Positions 1 to 11,860 of a stretch of 64,000 bases of DNA are shown here, in pieces. The notes under the pieces were generated by a model that made no database searches, was not told the DNA's origin, and saw only the letters and a list, made by a program, of their open reading frames with translations. The position numbers and the translations under genes are program-made. This DNA is from Trichosphaerium sp. ATCC 40318 (Eukaryota > Protista > Tubulinea), in NCBI GenBank assembly GCA_038496445.1, contig JALMLS010000578.1, positions 62,001 through 126,000 on the forward strand, in the 5' to 3' direction. Positions within the stretch are counted from its first letter, which is position 1. Every line of letters starts with the position of its first letter.

Positions 1-330
1 TTGCTTTATAAGTGAATCTAAAAAAGACACCCCAGCCGAATTCTCCGCTCCCCAAACCTAGAAAAAATACCAATTGCTCATTGAGTACGCCCAACCTGAG
101 CGAAGCTAAGTTGACACCGTTGTAGAATCAGTAGTTGCCTTTTGTGTCGTCACATCGCTGGCAATTGCTGTATACTATGTATACTTGTAGATGCAATCCA
201 ATAATCACGTGTTTGCAAATGATTCTGAAGAGCATTGAGTGAACTTGAACAGTATTGAAAGGGAGTGGAATACCTCACTTGTTATACAACAAATACGTAA
301 AGTGCGACAGCTCGAACCATCAAAAACGGC
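1..330 (-). CDS. Probable 5' part of an unidentified spliced gene running off the window
   Basis: Splice-like sites and short open exons (VWGAENSAGVSFLDSLIKQ); no recognisable motif. Confidence 0.25.
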
Positions 331-551
331 TAGTTTGTGCAATAAGCTACAAAAAAAATAAACAAAAATCAACTAAAACCAAGTTTCTTGCAATTACACA
401 ATCCCTCTGCGAGAAAGAAAAAAATCAAAAAAAACAGTTTCGTATGTTCTTATTTCAGTAAAGATTACATATCAATCAATTGTATTTATTAACATTCTTT
501 TCCAAATAAAGTAAGTACAGAGCGCGAATCAATCTCTTTTCACGTTTAAAT

Positions 552-889
552 CTAGCCGAGGTGCATTCTTCGTTGCCTAACAAACCATAGGCTCACTTGC
601 CTATATTCATACCACATTCTTCGGCAATGGCGTTTTTCTGATCTATGCTTGGAAATGGGGTGTGCCACTGGTCATTGTACCACTGTTGTAATAAGATCAG
701 TTGTTCAAGTGATATCACGCTGTTGTTGTAGTACATTCTTCTTTGCGTAACGACCCATAGGCTCACTTGACCTACAGTCATACCACATTTTTCGGAAAGG
801 ACTTTTTTTTGAGCAGTGGTTGGAAATGGGCTGTGCCAGTGGTCATTGTACCATTGTTGTAATATGATGAGTTGCTCGAGTGTGGTCAT
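552..889 (-). CDS. Double TALE-like homeodomain-only protein; the second domain has an apparent 1-nt deletion near position 600
   Basis: Two tandem units QWYNDHWHSPFPT..KK.L...CGMTVGQVSLW..QRR with the TALE-type PYP-like loop. Restoring one base at ATA GG(C) CAA GTG gives QVSLWFVRQRRMHLG* ending at 552. Intronless. Confidence 0.8.
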
Positions 890-948
890 GCTGTTGGTAT
901 TGTTGGCGTTGCGTTATTATGTTTAAATAGGACGCTCTAGTGGTAGAA

Positions 949-1050
949 ATCAATCATCAACTTTTTTCGAAATACCAACATGAAAGCAGAAACAAGATAA
1001 GTGAAAACATGCAGCATTTTGCTGGTTTTGGTGGCACCCCTTTGATTGAT
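949..1050. promoter_or_regulatory. Inverted pair of TGATTGAT motifs upstream of homeobox gene A
   Basis: ATCAATCA at 949-956 and TGATTGAT at 1043-1050; the same arrangement occurs upstream of gene B. Confidence 0.55.
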
Positions 1051-1272
1051 ATTTAGTTACCTTTGATTCACCTAATTAAACAGTCCTTACGCTCAACAAA
1101 CATCAACGCTGTCGCTATAACGTGTAAAGTGCAGTTGCTCGAAATAATAAAAACTAGCAAAATTGACAATGAGTCGGTTATCGGTCCTCGTATCTAGAGG
1201 ACCAGAGGCATACAAAGTGACTACACTCATAAACAAATAAATCCAGGTACAAACTTGGGAAAAATAAACGGT

Positions 1273-1475
1273 AATAGCATGAAATGCATCAACTACGCAT
1301 GGGAATTGATAACATGAGGTCCTTTGTTGCGAAAATAAAACAAAAATGTTTTTATTGAAGAGCGACTCAAATTGACGTTTTACTGCGTAGTAGTGATCCA
1401 AAGTAGATATTAATACGTTTATTAAGAAAAATTATAACATTGATACAAAGGCTCCAAAACAAGCAAGTTCTGAAT
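1273..1475. repeat. Non-coding direct repeat, copy 1 (3' of homeobox B)
   Basis: Aligns with 2127-2319, e.g. aatagcatgaaatgcatcaactacgcatgggaatt...gatacaaaggctccaaa.caagcaagttctgaat. Confidence 0.95.
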
Positions 1476-1526
1476 ACTATCATTTCTCCTCCCTTTTTGG
1501 AATTCGGCTTTCGCTCATCTCAGCCT

Positions 1527-1721
1527 TCATTGTTGAGGATGTATTTCTTCTCCCTCAGCTTTTTTACTTTTTCGTAGTCTAGTGAGCCAGACGCTTACTT
1601 GGCCAATTGTTGCGCTGCATTCCTCTGCAAGAGCTTTCTTCTGTTCTACAGTCGCATATGGAGCGTCTTCATGTTCTTTGTACCAATGTTGTAAAACGTT
1701 GAGCTGCTCGAGTGTTGCCAT
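1527..1721 (-). CDS. 64-aa TALE-like homeodomain-only protein
   Basis: LQHWYKEHEDAPYATVEQKKALAEECSATIGQVSVWLTRLRK; paralogous to both neighbours and shares their 5' leader. Confidence 0.85.
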   Translation of the reverse strand: MATLEQLNVLQHWYKEHEDAPYATVEQKKALAEECSATIGQVSVWLTRLRKSKKAEGEEIHPQQ

Positions 1722-1786
1722 GCTGTTGATGTTGTAGATGTTGTGTTATAATGCTTAAATGGAACAAGATGTTAAAATTGATAAGC

Positions 1787-1913
1787 GATTGATATCAATC
1801 AAGGTGAGTTATCAATCATCAACGTTTTAGGAGACGAGTGTTGTGAGCTAACTGAATACAATGTGAAAAAAAACAATGTGAACAATAAACCGCAACTTTA
1901 GGTTCTGATTGAT
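1787..1913. promoter_or_regulatory. TGATTGAT motif cluster upstream of homeobox gene B
   Basis: Palindrome GATTGATATCAATC at 1787-1800, ATCAATCA at 1794 and 1811, TGATTGAT at 1906-1913. Confidence 0.55.
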
Positions 1914-2126
1914 ACCTTAGTTTTCATCCCCCATCGCCCAGTGTTTGCGCAACGCCTATATCAAGGATGGGGCTGTAACGTGTAAAACTGTTGATCAAAT
2001 TAATAAAACAATTGCCAACACCAAATAATAGTGTGTTGTTCATCAGGGCTAGTATCAAGAGGGTTAGAGAGATAAACAAACAAGCAACTGACAACTTAAA
2101 ATAATATTGTGAAAAATTTTAACGAT

Positions 2127-2319
2127 AATAGCATGAAATGCATCAACTACGCATGGGAATTCATAACATGAGGTCCTTTGTTGTGAAAATAAAACAAAAA
2201 ATGACAATATTGAAATTGAGGTTTTACTGTGCGGTAGTGATCCAAAGTAGATATTGATACGTTTATTATGTAGAATTATAACATAGATACAAAGGCTCCA
2301 AATCAAGCAAGTTCTGAAT
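2127..2319. repeat. Non-coding direct repeat, copy 2 (3' of homeobox C)
   Basis: Aligns with 1273-1475. Confidence 0.95.
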
Positions 2320-2363
2320 TTCCGTTTTGAATGTAAGTTGCTTTTTCGTGTTGTCTTACATCT

Positions 2364-2564
2364 TCACTCTAATGGATTGGTAATGTGATTTCTCGTGTTT
2401 GGGTCGTTGCGGAGATCTCTCAATCTTTTGACCCAGATGCTTACTTGCCCTACTGTTGTGTCACATTGTTTTGCAAGCATCTTCTTTTCAAAGGTTGAGT
2501 ATGGAGACGTATCACTTTCTCTGTACCAACGATCTAATATTTCAAATTGTTCAAGTGTGGCCAT
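2364..2564 (-). CDS. 66-aa TALE-like homeodomain-only protein
   Basis: LDRWYRESDTSPYSTFEKKMLAKQCDTTVGQVSIWVKRLR; third paralog with the same 5' leader. Confidence 0.85.
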   Translation of the reverse strand: MATLEQFEILDRWYRESDTSPYSTFEKKMLAKQCDTTVGQVSIWVKRLRDLRNDPNTRNHITNPLE

Positions 2565-2629
2565 GCTGTTGATGTTGTGCTATTATGTTTAAATAGATCG
2601 TTCTCGGTTAAAGTTGATAAACAGGTAAA

Positions 2630-2650
2630 ATCAATCATCCCATATCAATC
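2630..2650. promoter_or_regulatory. TGATTGAT motif upstream of homeobox gene C
   Basis: ATCAATCA at 2630-2637 and ATCAATC at 2644-2650. Confidence 0.5.
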
Positions 2651-3134
2651 TTGTACGTCGAACAAATGCCTGTTAAAGTTGTGATCCTAAACAAGGCTAC
2701 ATACACTTAGACTGTACTCATTTGTTTCGCTCACTCCAGCAATCGTCGCGTAACAATAAAAAGCTAAGTAACTTTAACTATTTTGAAGCGAATAACACGT
2801 GAACGTTGTAGACTTTTCCTTGTGTTTAACAAACAACCTCACCTAAATTTGCCTAAATTACCACACAATATGACAACTCACTTTAGTTGCTAGCTCCGTT
2901 ATTCGCACTACTTGCTATTAAAACACATGCACACAGCTACTTGTTTGAAGCAAAGGCTACATCAGGTTAAGAGGGATAGGTTGATTGTTGTAGAGTTGCG
3001 GTCAAACTGAGTTCAACAAACAACTTTATTTCGGCTTATGACAGGATTTAATCTGGCAAGCGTGGTGTCTTTAACATACGCAGAATGGAACTGCACAGTA
3101 CTCTTATCTTTATTTATTTTTTTAGACAACATAG

Positions 3135-6100
3135 CTATTCTGGGTATTGTTGGTATATATTACACGCAGCTTGAGTGATGAAACTGAAGCGAGTATTCGA
3201 TTTAGACAACAACTAATAATATTAGTACTCGATGTTAGAAAAATAAAATTGATAACTTACGTGTGCGCCTCAGGGTTTCTAGTTCTGCTCTTAATGCATT
3301 TCTCTCTCGCTTCACAGATTCGTATTTTTCCCTTAAACCATCATCCACACTTTCAGTGTGTACAGGTCGTTGACTATGATAGAAAAGTCAGTCAGTTAAA
3401 CACGTGATCAGTTTAAAATTTGATTTGGGAGAATCGTGCCTATTAGGATCGGAGTACTGTGATCCGTCCAGCTCTGTCCTTTCTTGATTGTAATCCGATG
3501 TAATCTTATCTTTACCGGGGTGGTATATAATCCACACTTTGATCGTGAACAGCATGAGCAACGTTCCTATGAAAAAGTTAAAGAAAACCTTCGAAGAGAG
3601 TTGCTGTTGCTAAATGTTTGACAAACAATAAGCTTTACTTGTCGTCATACATACCTGTTGTACTCATCCATATAGCCAAGCCAGTTGTTACACTCAATTG
3701 CGCTTCGCTTGTATTTACGATGAAGCCGAGAATGAGTAAAAGAGCCATCCATACACAGATGTTGTAGATCGAAAGGCCTATCCACTTTGATTCATTAAAG
3801 TGCATTGGTACTTTCCTTGCTACAAAAGCGAGCCAGCATCCCCATATCAAAAGACCGCCCTAACGAAAAAATGTAAGTTAGAGCGCATGAACTTTGTGCT
3901 AGTGCTTTGAAGAAACTGCCACACTTAAAAGCAAGCGTACATTGTATGCAATCAAAACAATCAAGAAAATAAGTGCTCTATCGCTATGACATTTAGCAAT
4001 AGTAAAATCGTCATTATTTGATCTAGGTATAAGTTCTTTTCGCGTTGGTGATGAAGCAGACCAGAGAATGAGAACAATCTACAAGTCAACGATTAATCAA
4101 AAAACCATGCATTGTATAAAACGAAGACTTACAATCTCAGCGGCTATAAAGGCAAGTGTCATCTGAACAATGGACCATACGCTAATTGTTACAACCTTCA
4201 GATTTTTCCTTGAAGAACGAACATAAGTTAAGAAAAATGAGAGATTATATAAGCTTACACGCCAGTAAAGATTCTGACAATTCTATATGTCTTTGCTAGA
4301 AGTGGTCTACGACAGATTGTAAATACTTGTCAAGAGTCGTATTAAACATACGCAAATAGTACAATAAAACCGACAAATGGAACCCAAATACGTAATTCAC
4401 AGATAACATCGTCAACAGGAGCCGCCCTGTCAAACAGTAAGAAAAAAATAAGATTTTTATCGTCCAGTTTTAAAAAACCAACCCACGTACCATATAATAA
4501 CGCCAATGTATGATATGAGAGCACCTAAAATCAGTGTGGCTAAGAACGGAGGACTGGAAGACTGAAGAATAAAACTTGAGCTCCTTTTTAAACAAGTTAG
4601 GCTAAAAACATCAAAAATACGAGTTCCTTTACCAGTGCGTTATTAATATCATCTGTAGACCAAACACTAGAATAATACCAAGTCCAGCAAGAACTAAAAG
4701 CACTAAAGAAGTAGAATCCGTCCATTTTGTTGGCTGAAAAATTCTCTCCTTGTCGAGCACACGAAGAACTACTTTCTCATCGTCATACACCAGCTCTCCG
4801 TTAAAATCTAAATTCGGCATTTCCAGATCGCTAAACACTCCACTCCTATTCTTGACTTCTGTAACAAAAATTAGACGTCAAAACCACTCAACAGGAGTAA
4901 AAATAAACCGTACTAAAAAGAGTGAATTCAAGACCAACACTGATAGTTTCTGGTAACGACACAATCTTCACTTTGCCTGCAATTTTAGCTCCATTAGTCA
5001 TTTCAAGCGTAGATAACCCTAAAGCCATCTCAATAATAGTCCCACGCTGCAATTCCCAAGGGACAAGTGTTTGTGACGCTCCCTTTAAGCAATTATTTTT
5101 AATATGTGCACAAAATTGTTTTGTTTTAAAAACGCACCTCAATCTTTATCGTAGCGTTTGCAATAAACGTAGAGTTTTCCCCTGCAAGCTCCACTCTGTT
5201 ACCCATCTCAAAATATCCAGACTCTATCAACAAAACTGAATTGTCCATAGTGAAGACGACATTCAACCGAGATTGTATTGTCAATGAACCTTCAAATACT
5301 AGTCAGCCAAAAAAGTCCCACGTGCTAGTTTTAAAAAATATACCTTGAGATCTAAGGACGATATGACGTAGATTTAAAGCACCAAGGATGAAAGTTGAGT
5401 TACTGGTAGGTAGTAATACCAATTCTTTGTCTGTAGCACGCTTTTCTGGATCGTCAAAACCCTGCTTTATTGTATAAGATTAGAGTAATTGCTTGTATCA
5501 TGCTACCTGAATAAGTCCGTTTTCGTCCCATATCATGCCTTCTTCGACCGCTAGTGCAGACGCTCTTATTTCCAGTGTACCGTCTACCATTCTCAAAGTT
5601 GGTACCTTTGTGATAAAAGCCATTAAGTCGCAATACTTAAAAACCTAACTTACTGTTGTAGGGATATCGATATTCCAGGTTGAGGATACATGTATGCTAT
5701 TTAGCGTGTTTCCTACAAAATTTTGCACTTCTCCAGAGACATCCTGAGGTTCATTGCCTTCAAAGACATTACGCTCCAAACTTCCAGCATCCAACATTTC
5801 GACCGCTACTTTGTTCAATAACCATCTAAAAAAGAGGAGGAAAATAAAGTACCAAATATCGTGTTGTTCGTAAATTTACAATCTTGTACTAAACCACTAT
5901 ACATTAGAATAGCTCCGCCTTGCTTTGGTGATATATTAGAATTGAATTCACATGAATCCACAAGCATGTATGTATCTTCAGCAGCCCACACTGCGCCTCC
6001 ATTCTCGGCAAGGTTTTTATTGAAGGTAGTCTTGTAAATCTCTAGAGATTGGAAATCGCCTGAGTCCACCAGGTACGCTATTCCTCCACCAAATTCTGTA

Positions 6101-7768
6101 ACAAGAAATGTTAAAAACCATAAACGATAAATAACCTAAAAAGCGCACGTGTTGCGTTGTTAGACGCAAAGTAACAATCCTGGATCACCATAACTGTCTC
6201 AGCTGAAACAACAAGACCACCGCCACCTAAGCCAGTGTTCCCAGTAAACCGTACATTAGTAAGCTGATAACTTCCACCACGCGCTATAATACATGTTAAC
6301 GAGCAATCTTAGATGTTTAAAATACGCTAACAGACCTATCATCCCGCCTATTTCAATGTTGTTAGTATGGATTGTAATTTAAAAAAATCTTACCTCCACC
6401 AGAGGGGCCTGAAGCAAAGTTTCCTGTTATATTAACATTCTCTAATATAACTGTAGAATTATCTGTGAGACCCCATGATGCTAAACTTAGCTGTAAGACA
6501 AACTAACAATCATAATTTTAGGTGAAAAATATTGATACCAATGCCGCCTGCTGAATCTGCTCTATTTCCAATAACTTCCGTATTTCGCATTACGACATCC
6601 ATTTCATCAAAGAAGCGAATGGCTCCTGTAACAAAGTGATGAGAAAAACTGTTACAGTTTTATCCTTTTGTTTATATTGGTCAACGCCTCATACCTCCTA
6701 TATCTAGGGCAGTGTTGTTTTTAAATACACAACCTTCGATCACTGCTTTAGTTCGAAAAAGCATGAGACTTCCATCAGAACTATCAACTTGAACGTCATT
6801 ATCTTCGAACGTGACACTATATGAGCATTGTTAAACAATTTGTTTCGTATTGATCCAAGCTTACTTTGTAAGCTCCAACGATGAGCCACGTATGTGTACA
6901 ACCCCACGTAATCCAGTTACACTCTGCTCAAGAATAGGTCCACAACGGTTCGCCTTAAAGTTACAGTTTCTACAATATTTATGAACACAACGGAAAACAA
7001 AACTTTAAGGAAAAAATTAAAAGAATTACATGAAAGAAATTGAGCAGTTGTTTCGAGCGTAGAAAGCTGATCCTCCAAAATTAACAAGCTCAGATGTTTG
7101 CTCGCACCTAGATATTATCCTTATTAACTGCGGCGGAGTTGAAAATTAAAAAAAGAAAGTGTGAGATCAACGTACTCTTGGAATAAACTTACATTGCAGT
7201 TTGCGCCTGTAAATGTAATGTCATAAAACTTAGCTAACGGCAAGTATGACTCTTCCAGTGCGTTTGGGTTGCCAAGACAAGATGATACGAAGAATAAATT
7301 GTACATTCCTTCACCATCAATAACGGTGAAGCCATCAGGATCACCTCGAAAAGTTTAAGAGAAAGATACTTTTTTACGAAATTTTTTTTTTAGCTAGGCC
7401 GGTGCAGTTTCTACCTCTTATTGTAATATTATAAACATCTAGTACGTTATCCCATCTTATTGCTGTATTACCTGGTCCTGTAAAAAAATGACAATTTAGA
7501 AATTGAGGTACGAACTACCACGTGCCTCTGTAATTACCGCTTGCTAGACGTATAACATCTCCAGGTCGAGACGCAGAAAACAATGCGTAATGAATAGTTT
7601 TACAAGGTGATTCTACATTCAAACAATCGCCAACATCAGCCCCTAGTACGTTCTTTTAAGGTTTAAAGCTTTTTAGGACTATTTACCAAAAGGGTTCACG
7701 TGTATATCGCATAGTGCTGTAGTAGACAAGAATATAACAAGCAAATATAGACGAGCACTATACGTCAT
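3135..7768 (-). CDS. Class C (GABA-B-like, 7tm_3) GPCR with a right-handed beta-helix (pectin-lyase/Pmp-like) ectodomain; multi-exon
   Basis: Signal peptide MTYSARLYLLVIFLSTTALC; FxxN..GGAI/GGAV repeats; 7TM motifs SSPPFL, ICELRIW, LLAKTYRIVRIF, ARKVPMHFNESKWIGLSIYN; short C-terminal coiled coil. The 3' end is approximate. Confidence 0.88.
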
Positions 7769-8094
7769 TTCGTGCCAACAAATAAGATACAAGAAAAGTT
7801 CCTTAACCACATAAAACAGTTAATGTATCACCCAATACGGCACGTGTCATGGATTATCAAGAGCAGTACACGCAGTAATTCAACTTGCGAAAGTGAGTAC
7901 AACAGTCCAAAAAAAACCTATGGGTGTATCAAAACAAGTGCGCTTCTTATTGATCTACGACGCGAGGGATTCTTAATTTTCTCGTGTAGACGCTTAAATA
8001 AAGTGCATGGATACGTCTACGCAGCGGGCGTCGCGTAGATGCGAATATTGCCTAAATAGTAAATCCCAACACTACGAGCCAACGATAAGAAAGG

Positions 8095-10027
8095 ATGAAT
8101 CGTGAGCACGATATAGTAGACAAAACACGGGTGGGATACAAGCCAGGGCATTTTATGTTGCCTGCAACCCCAAGGTACCTTCTAACCATTCATCCCTCCT
8201 TGCTCAGAAGCCCTTGGTACCATAGACTGCCTGTGCCTTTCGGGACTCCAACGAGAGACCCTCACAGTAATTCTCGCCTGTATTCTCCATCAACACTCGT
8301 TCCGTTCAATCTAGGTGCTGGAATAGTGCGTCCATCCCCCATAAAGTACGCTCGCGCGAGTCTACCGATATCCAACTAACGCAAATCAAAGGCTGATGTC
8401 TCCCTCGTCTAAGAGGGCGCGGATGGCTCCAAGTAGGAACAGCAACTTGGCGCTATTAATGAATCAAAATAACCAAACCAGAACTTCTCTTGTACGCTAG
8501 AACTCACTAGTCGAGCTAAATCAATACCAGGTTGCTAAACAAAAACATCCGATCAAAAAACGGAAGTTAACGTCAGCAGCGCCTGCTCGCTATCAAACAG
8601 TGACTGCACCAGAGCCAACCAACGAAAAGGTCGTTTGGCATGACGGCACTCCTTATTGCTTAGGCGGTACAAACGATACTACTAAAGCGTTCTAGCTAAC
8701 TCTTGATTTGTAGACAATGGCACAGTACGCCCAATTATAGGTGCACGTAGCGAAGATTGTTTTTCTCTCGTTCAACAACCGAACACTACTCAAAGCAAGT
8801 ACTCTTCTTTTGAAACCAAAAAAAAAAAAAACAATTCCTCACGATCCATCACTTACGAAGAAACAGGGAAAGCTTACAGAAAAGAAAACAGATCAATCCA
8901 GCCTGCACCACTAATCATTCGGTACAATGGAAAAAATGAAATCGTGAGAGGATTTGCACGTACGTTTTATTTCGAAGTGAAGTAGCTTAAGTTAACATAC
9001 CTGACTTAGTCGTTAATTTGTTGCGCCAAAGTCCTACCTCTCCAACACTTACAGTTGCTTCAAACTTTGTGTTCTCAGTGGACCCATCCAAGGTGATGAA
9101 GGCCATGATGGAGGGTAAAACCTTGTCGATCACGAAGCAAACGCCAGAGCCTGTCAAAAGAAAGCGAGGAAGACCAAAAAAGACGGATAATATAATTCAG
9201 AGTGACAATGACGGTAAAGTATTACTTGGAGATACTATCAAGCTCCTTGAGGGTAATGAAACAAATTTCATGGTCAAGATATGCCAGGTACCCTCAAACC
9301 TACATTTAAGATCTAACTGCCGAAATAGACTTCGCGTGCCGACCTTTTTCTTTTGGAGTTTAATATTGTGTACTGGGAGGCTGGAAAAAAGAATCCAATT
9401 CAAGAAATTGTAGTCAGTTCTCCATTCTCTGTGGCTTCGCATCAAGTAGCAGGTACAACTCTAGTTCAAGATCCCTTTAACGCCCAGTTTTTAGGTCAAG
9501 CAGCTCTTAGGCGCAAACCTACATCTCGTAAAAAAGTGCCCAGCAGTAAGAAGAATCCATCAGTAAAAACAAGTGAATCCAAGAAAAAAATACCTCGGTT
9601 AGTGCCTCTTAAGTATGATTCATCCAAGCCAACAGCTTTGGCGCCCCTTCCGTCCCCGCCACATGCTAAAACGCTTCCTTTGCCTGAACTAGTGCGTATC
9701 AATCCACAAAGCGGCTGTGCTGGTGACGAGGTACGGCTTTTTAACTGGTTTTTATAGAAACGTCTTTTTGACTTGACGTCTTAGGTCTGGATTCTTGGGC
9801 GCAATTTCGTGCCTCAACATTTAGCTGTTACCATTGGTGGTATCAGAGCTAAAGTTATATGTGCATATGACAACATGGTATCGTTTATTGTTCCAGAGGT
9901 GAAATCCAAAAAAAATATAAAGCAAGTCGTCACTGTGCTCCACATTCTCCAGTACAGCAATGATTTTCGTCTCCAAGAAAGCACCAATAGTTTGGAGTTC
10001 CAGTATTGCATAGAGCATATCGAGTAG
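8095..10027 (+). CDS. Putative transcription factor with an Ig-fold-like DNA-binding region, AT-hook and C-terminal IPT/TIG domain
   Basis: KRKRGRPKK AT-hook; spliced ELVRINPQSGCAGDEVWILGRNFVPQHLAVTIGG...SFIVPEV matches the IPT pattern; 5' exons uncertain. Confidence 0.65.
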
Positions 10028-10261
10028 CAGAAAATAATTATAGTAGCCTGCAATAACGTGTACAAACAAATATAGTATAGTCATTAAACTACTGGATACG
10101 TTTTGTTCAGAAAACGGTTGACAAAGTAAATTTCTCACAGTTTATTTTTTTTTTGAACTAAAGCCGTTGACTTCTGAAAGTCAAAAAATCAAGAAAAAGT
10201 GTAGGAATACTCAAGAACTCAAAAGCTTTACCATCTCGTTGTTTATTTATCTGAGGAAATA

Positions 10262-11570
10262 ATGCGCGTGGGCATTGCGTTCGTATTTGCTATCAGCTTC
10301 ATTACAGCGCAATCACTTGATTGTAAAAATATACAAGCACCAGACGGAGGCAAATACGACCTTAGCAACCTGGCTAAATTAGGTTCAAAAGTTGTAGAGG
10401 GTATGTTATTATTGTTTCTCCACTATGCTTTTAACCAAAACCCACGACGATGTATCTAGAAATAGCTGTTTTTAATCACGTGGTATTCGAAAACTTATTT
10501 TCGCGTGTTTTTGTGACAAATTGAATTTCTTGCCTTGTTCGCGTGTATATTCACGTGACACGCGTTGTAGGTGGCTCTCCTGGACAAAATTTTTATTACA
10601 AGTTCACTGTTTGCGGTAGCCCATTCTCTTGTGGCACAGCTGTACGTTTATGAGCGTAAATGGCTTGCTAAAGTACTTTCGTAGGGTTTTAGTCCAGAGT
10701 GCGCAAACGGTGGCGCAGCTTCGTGTAGAAGCATGAACCCAGAATTTATCAATCCAGCTCTTCAAACTTGCTGTGGTCAAATCAATGACGACACACAAGT
10801 CAGCCTGCGTGGCTTGGATGATGAAAAAGGTACTTTAGCAAGTAGTAGGTAACATTAAAGTACTGTAGGTGTACATTTTGAGTACACTGGAGGCTATCAG
10901 CAACGCAAGACTATCGTTGATGTTTTTTGTAACGAGAGGTACGATGGTGCGTACGCCGTCATAGCTTTGTGATGACTGTTATCGGAGACATTCGTTTTAA
11001 ATGATTCTCAAGGTCTTGAGAAGGTAATTTTCGATGACACAGACGAATTTAATTTAAAACTTGAAATCCTTTCGAAAGAGGTGAGGAGCAACCTATTCGC
11101 GTTCAATACATAAATTAACAGTACAGCTCAGGCCTGCCATGTTAAGAACACGTTACCCTTATCTATAGGCTCAATGATGTGCTTGGCTCTTGCTGGCCTC
11201 ATCATTTTGTACCTGGTGCGTACATTGTTACATTTTTTCTGGCTTTCTGACACTTTTTTCTCTACAGGCAATTGGCATTCCAATCAATCTTATTCGAAGG
11301 AAAAAAGGGTGGGAAATAATCCCTAATTGGACTTTGTGGAGCAACTTGCCCTGTACGTTCGGGACAGAAAAAAAAACTCTTTTCCATCAGTGGGCTAATA
11401 CGTTTGTTTGAAGCGTACGTCAAAGGTGGTTGCGGCTGTTTGAAGACGACATGTTGTGAAGAAGACAAATCTCAGAGGCCTGGACTACGCCCTATCATCA
11501 CATAGTTTTGGTGTGATTTATGAGCGGTTACAACGATTTGTTGATTGTAGCGTTATTCTGGAAGATTTGA
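10262..11570 (+). CDS. Mannose-6-phosphate receptor/ATG27-like type I membrane protein
   Basis: Signal peptide, C..KYDLSNL, YYKFTVCG, YTGG..RKTIVDVFC, TM followed by KGWEIIPNWTLWSNLP; end approximate. Confidence 0.85.
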
Positions 11571-11860
11571 TTTTTTTTTTTGTAAATCGTTTACCAATAT
11601 ATTCTTCAGTATCGTGAGTGTATTGTAGGTAGTGCGTTGTTTACAGGTTTGACCGTTTTTAGCCGTAAAAATATTTGCCTACTAAAGTCTAAAATTGTAT
11701 CTAAACACCACCAAGCGCGTGTGAGAATACAATACTCAACACCAAGTCTTAGTTTGGGGTTATATAGCCAATCGCGATTTAATTCGCGTTATTCGCCTAT
11801 ATTAGACTCTTCAGCAGTCTAAAAACGCAAGGGGAGACAATTGGAAACTATTGATCAAAA

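Noticed and set aside
1093-2306. ORFs 1093..1401 and 2064..2306 as paralogous proteins
   Set aside because: Non-ATG starts, and indels change frame between the copies; the similarity is at the DNA level only.
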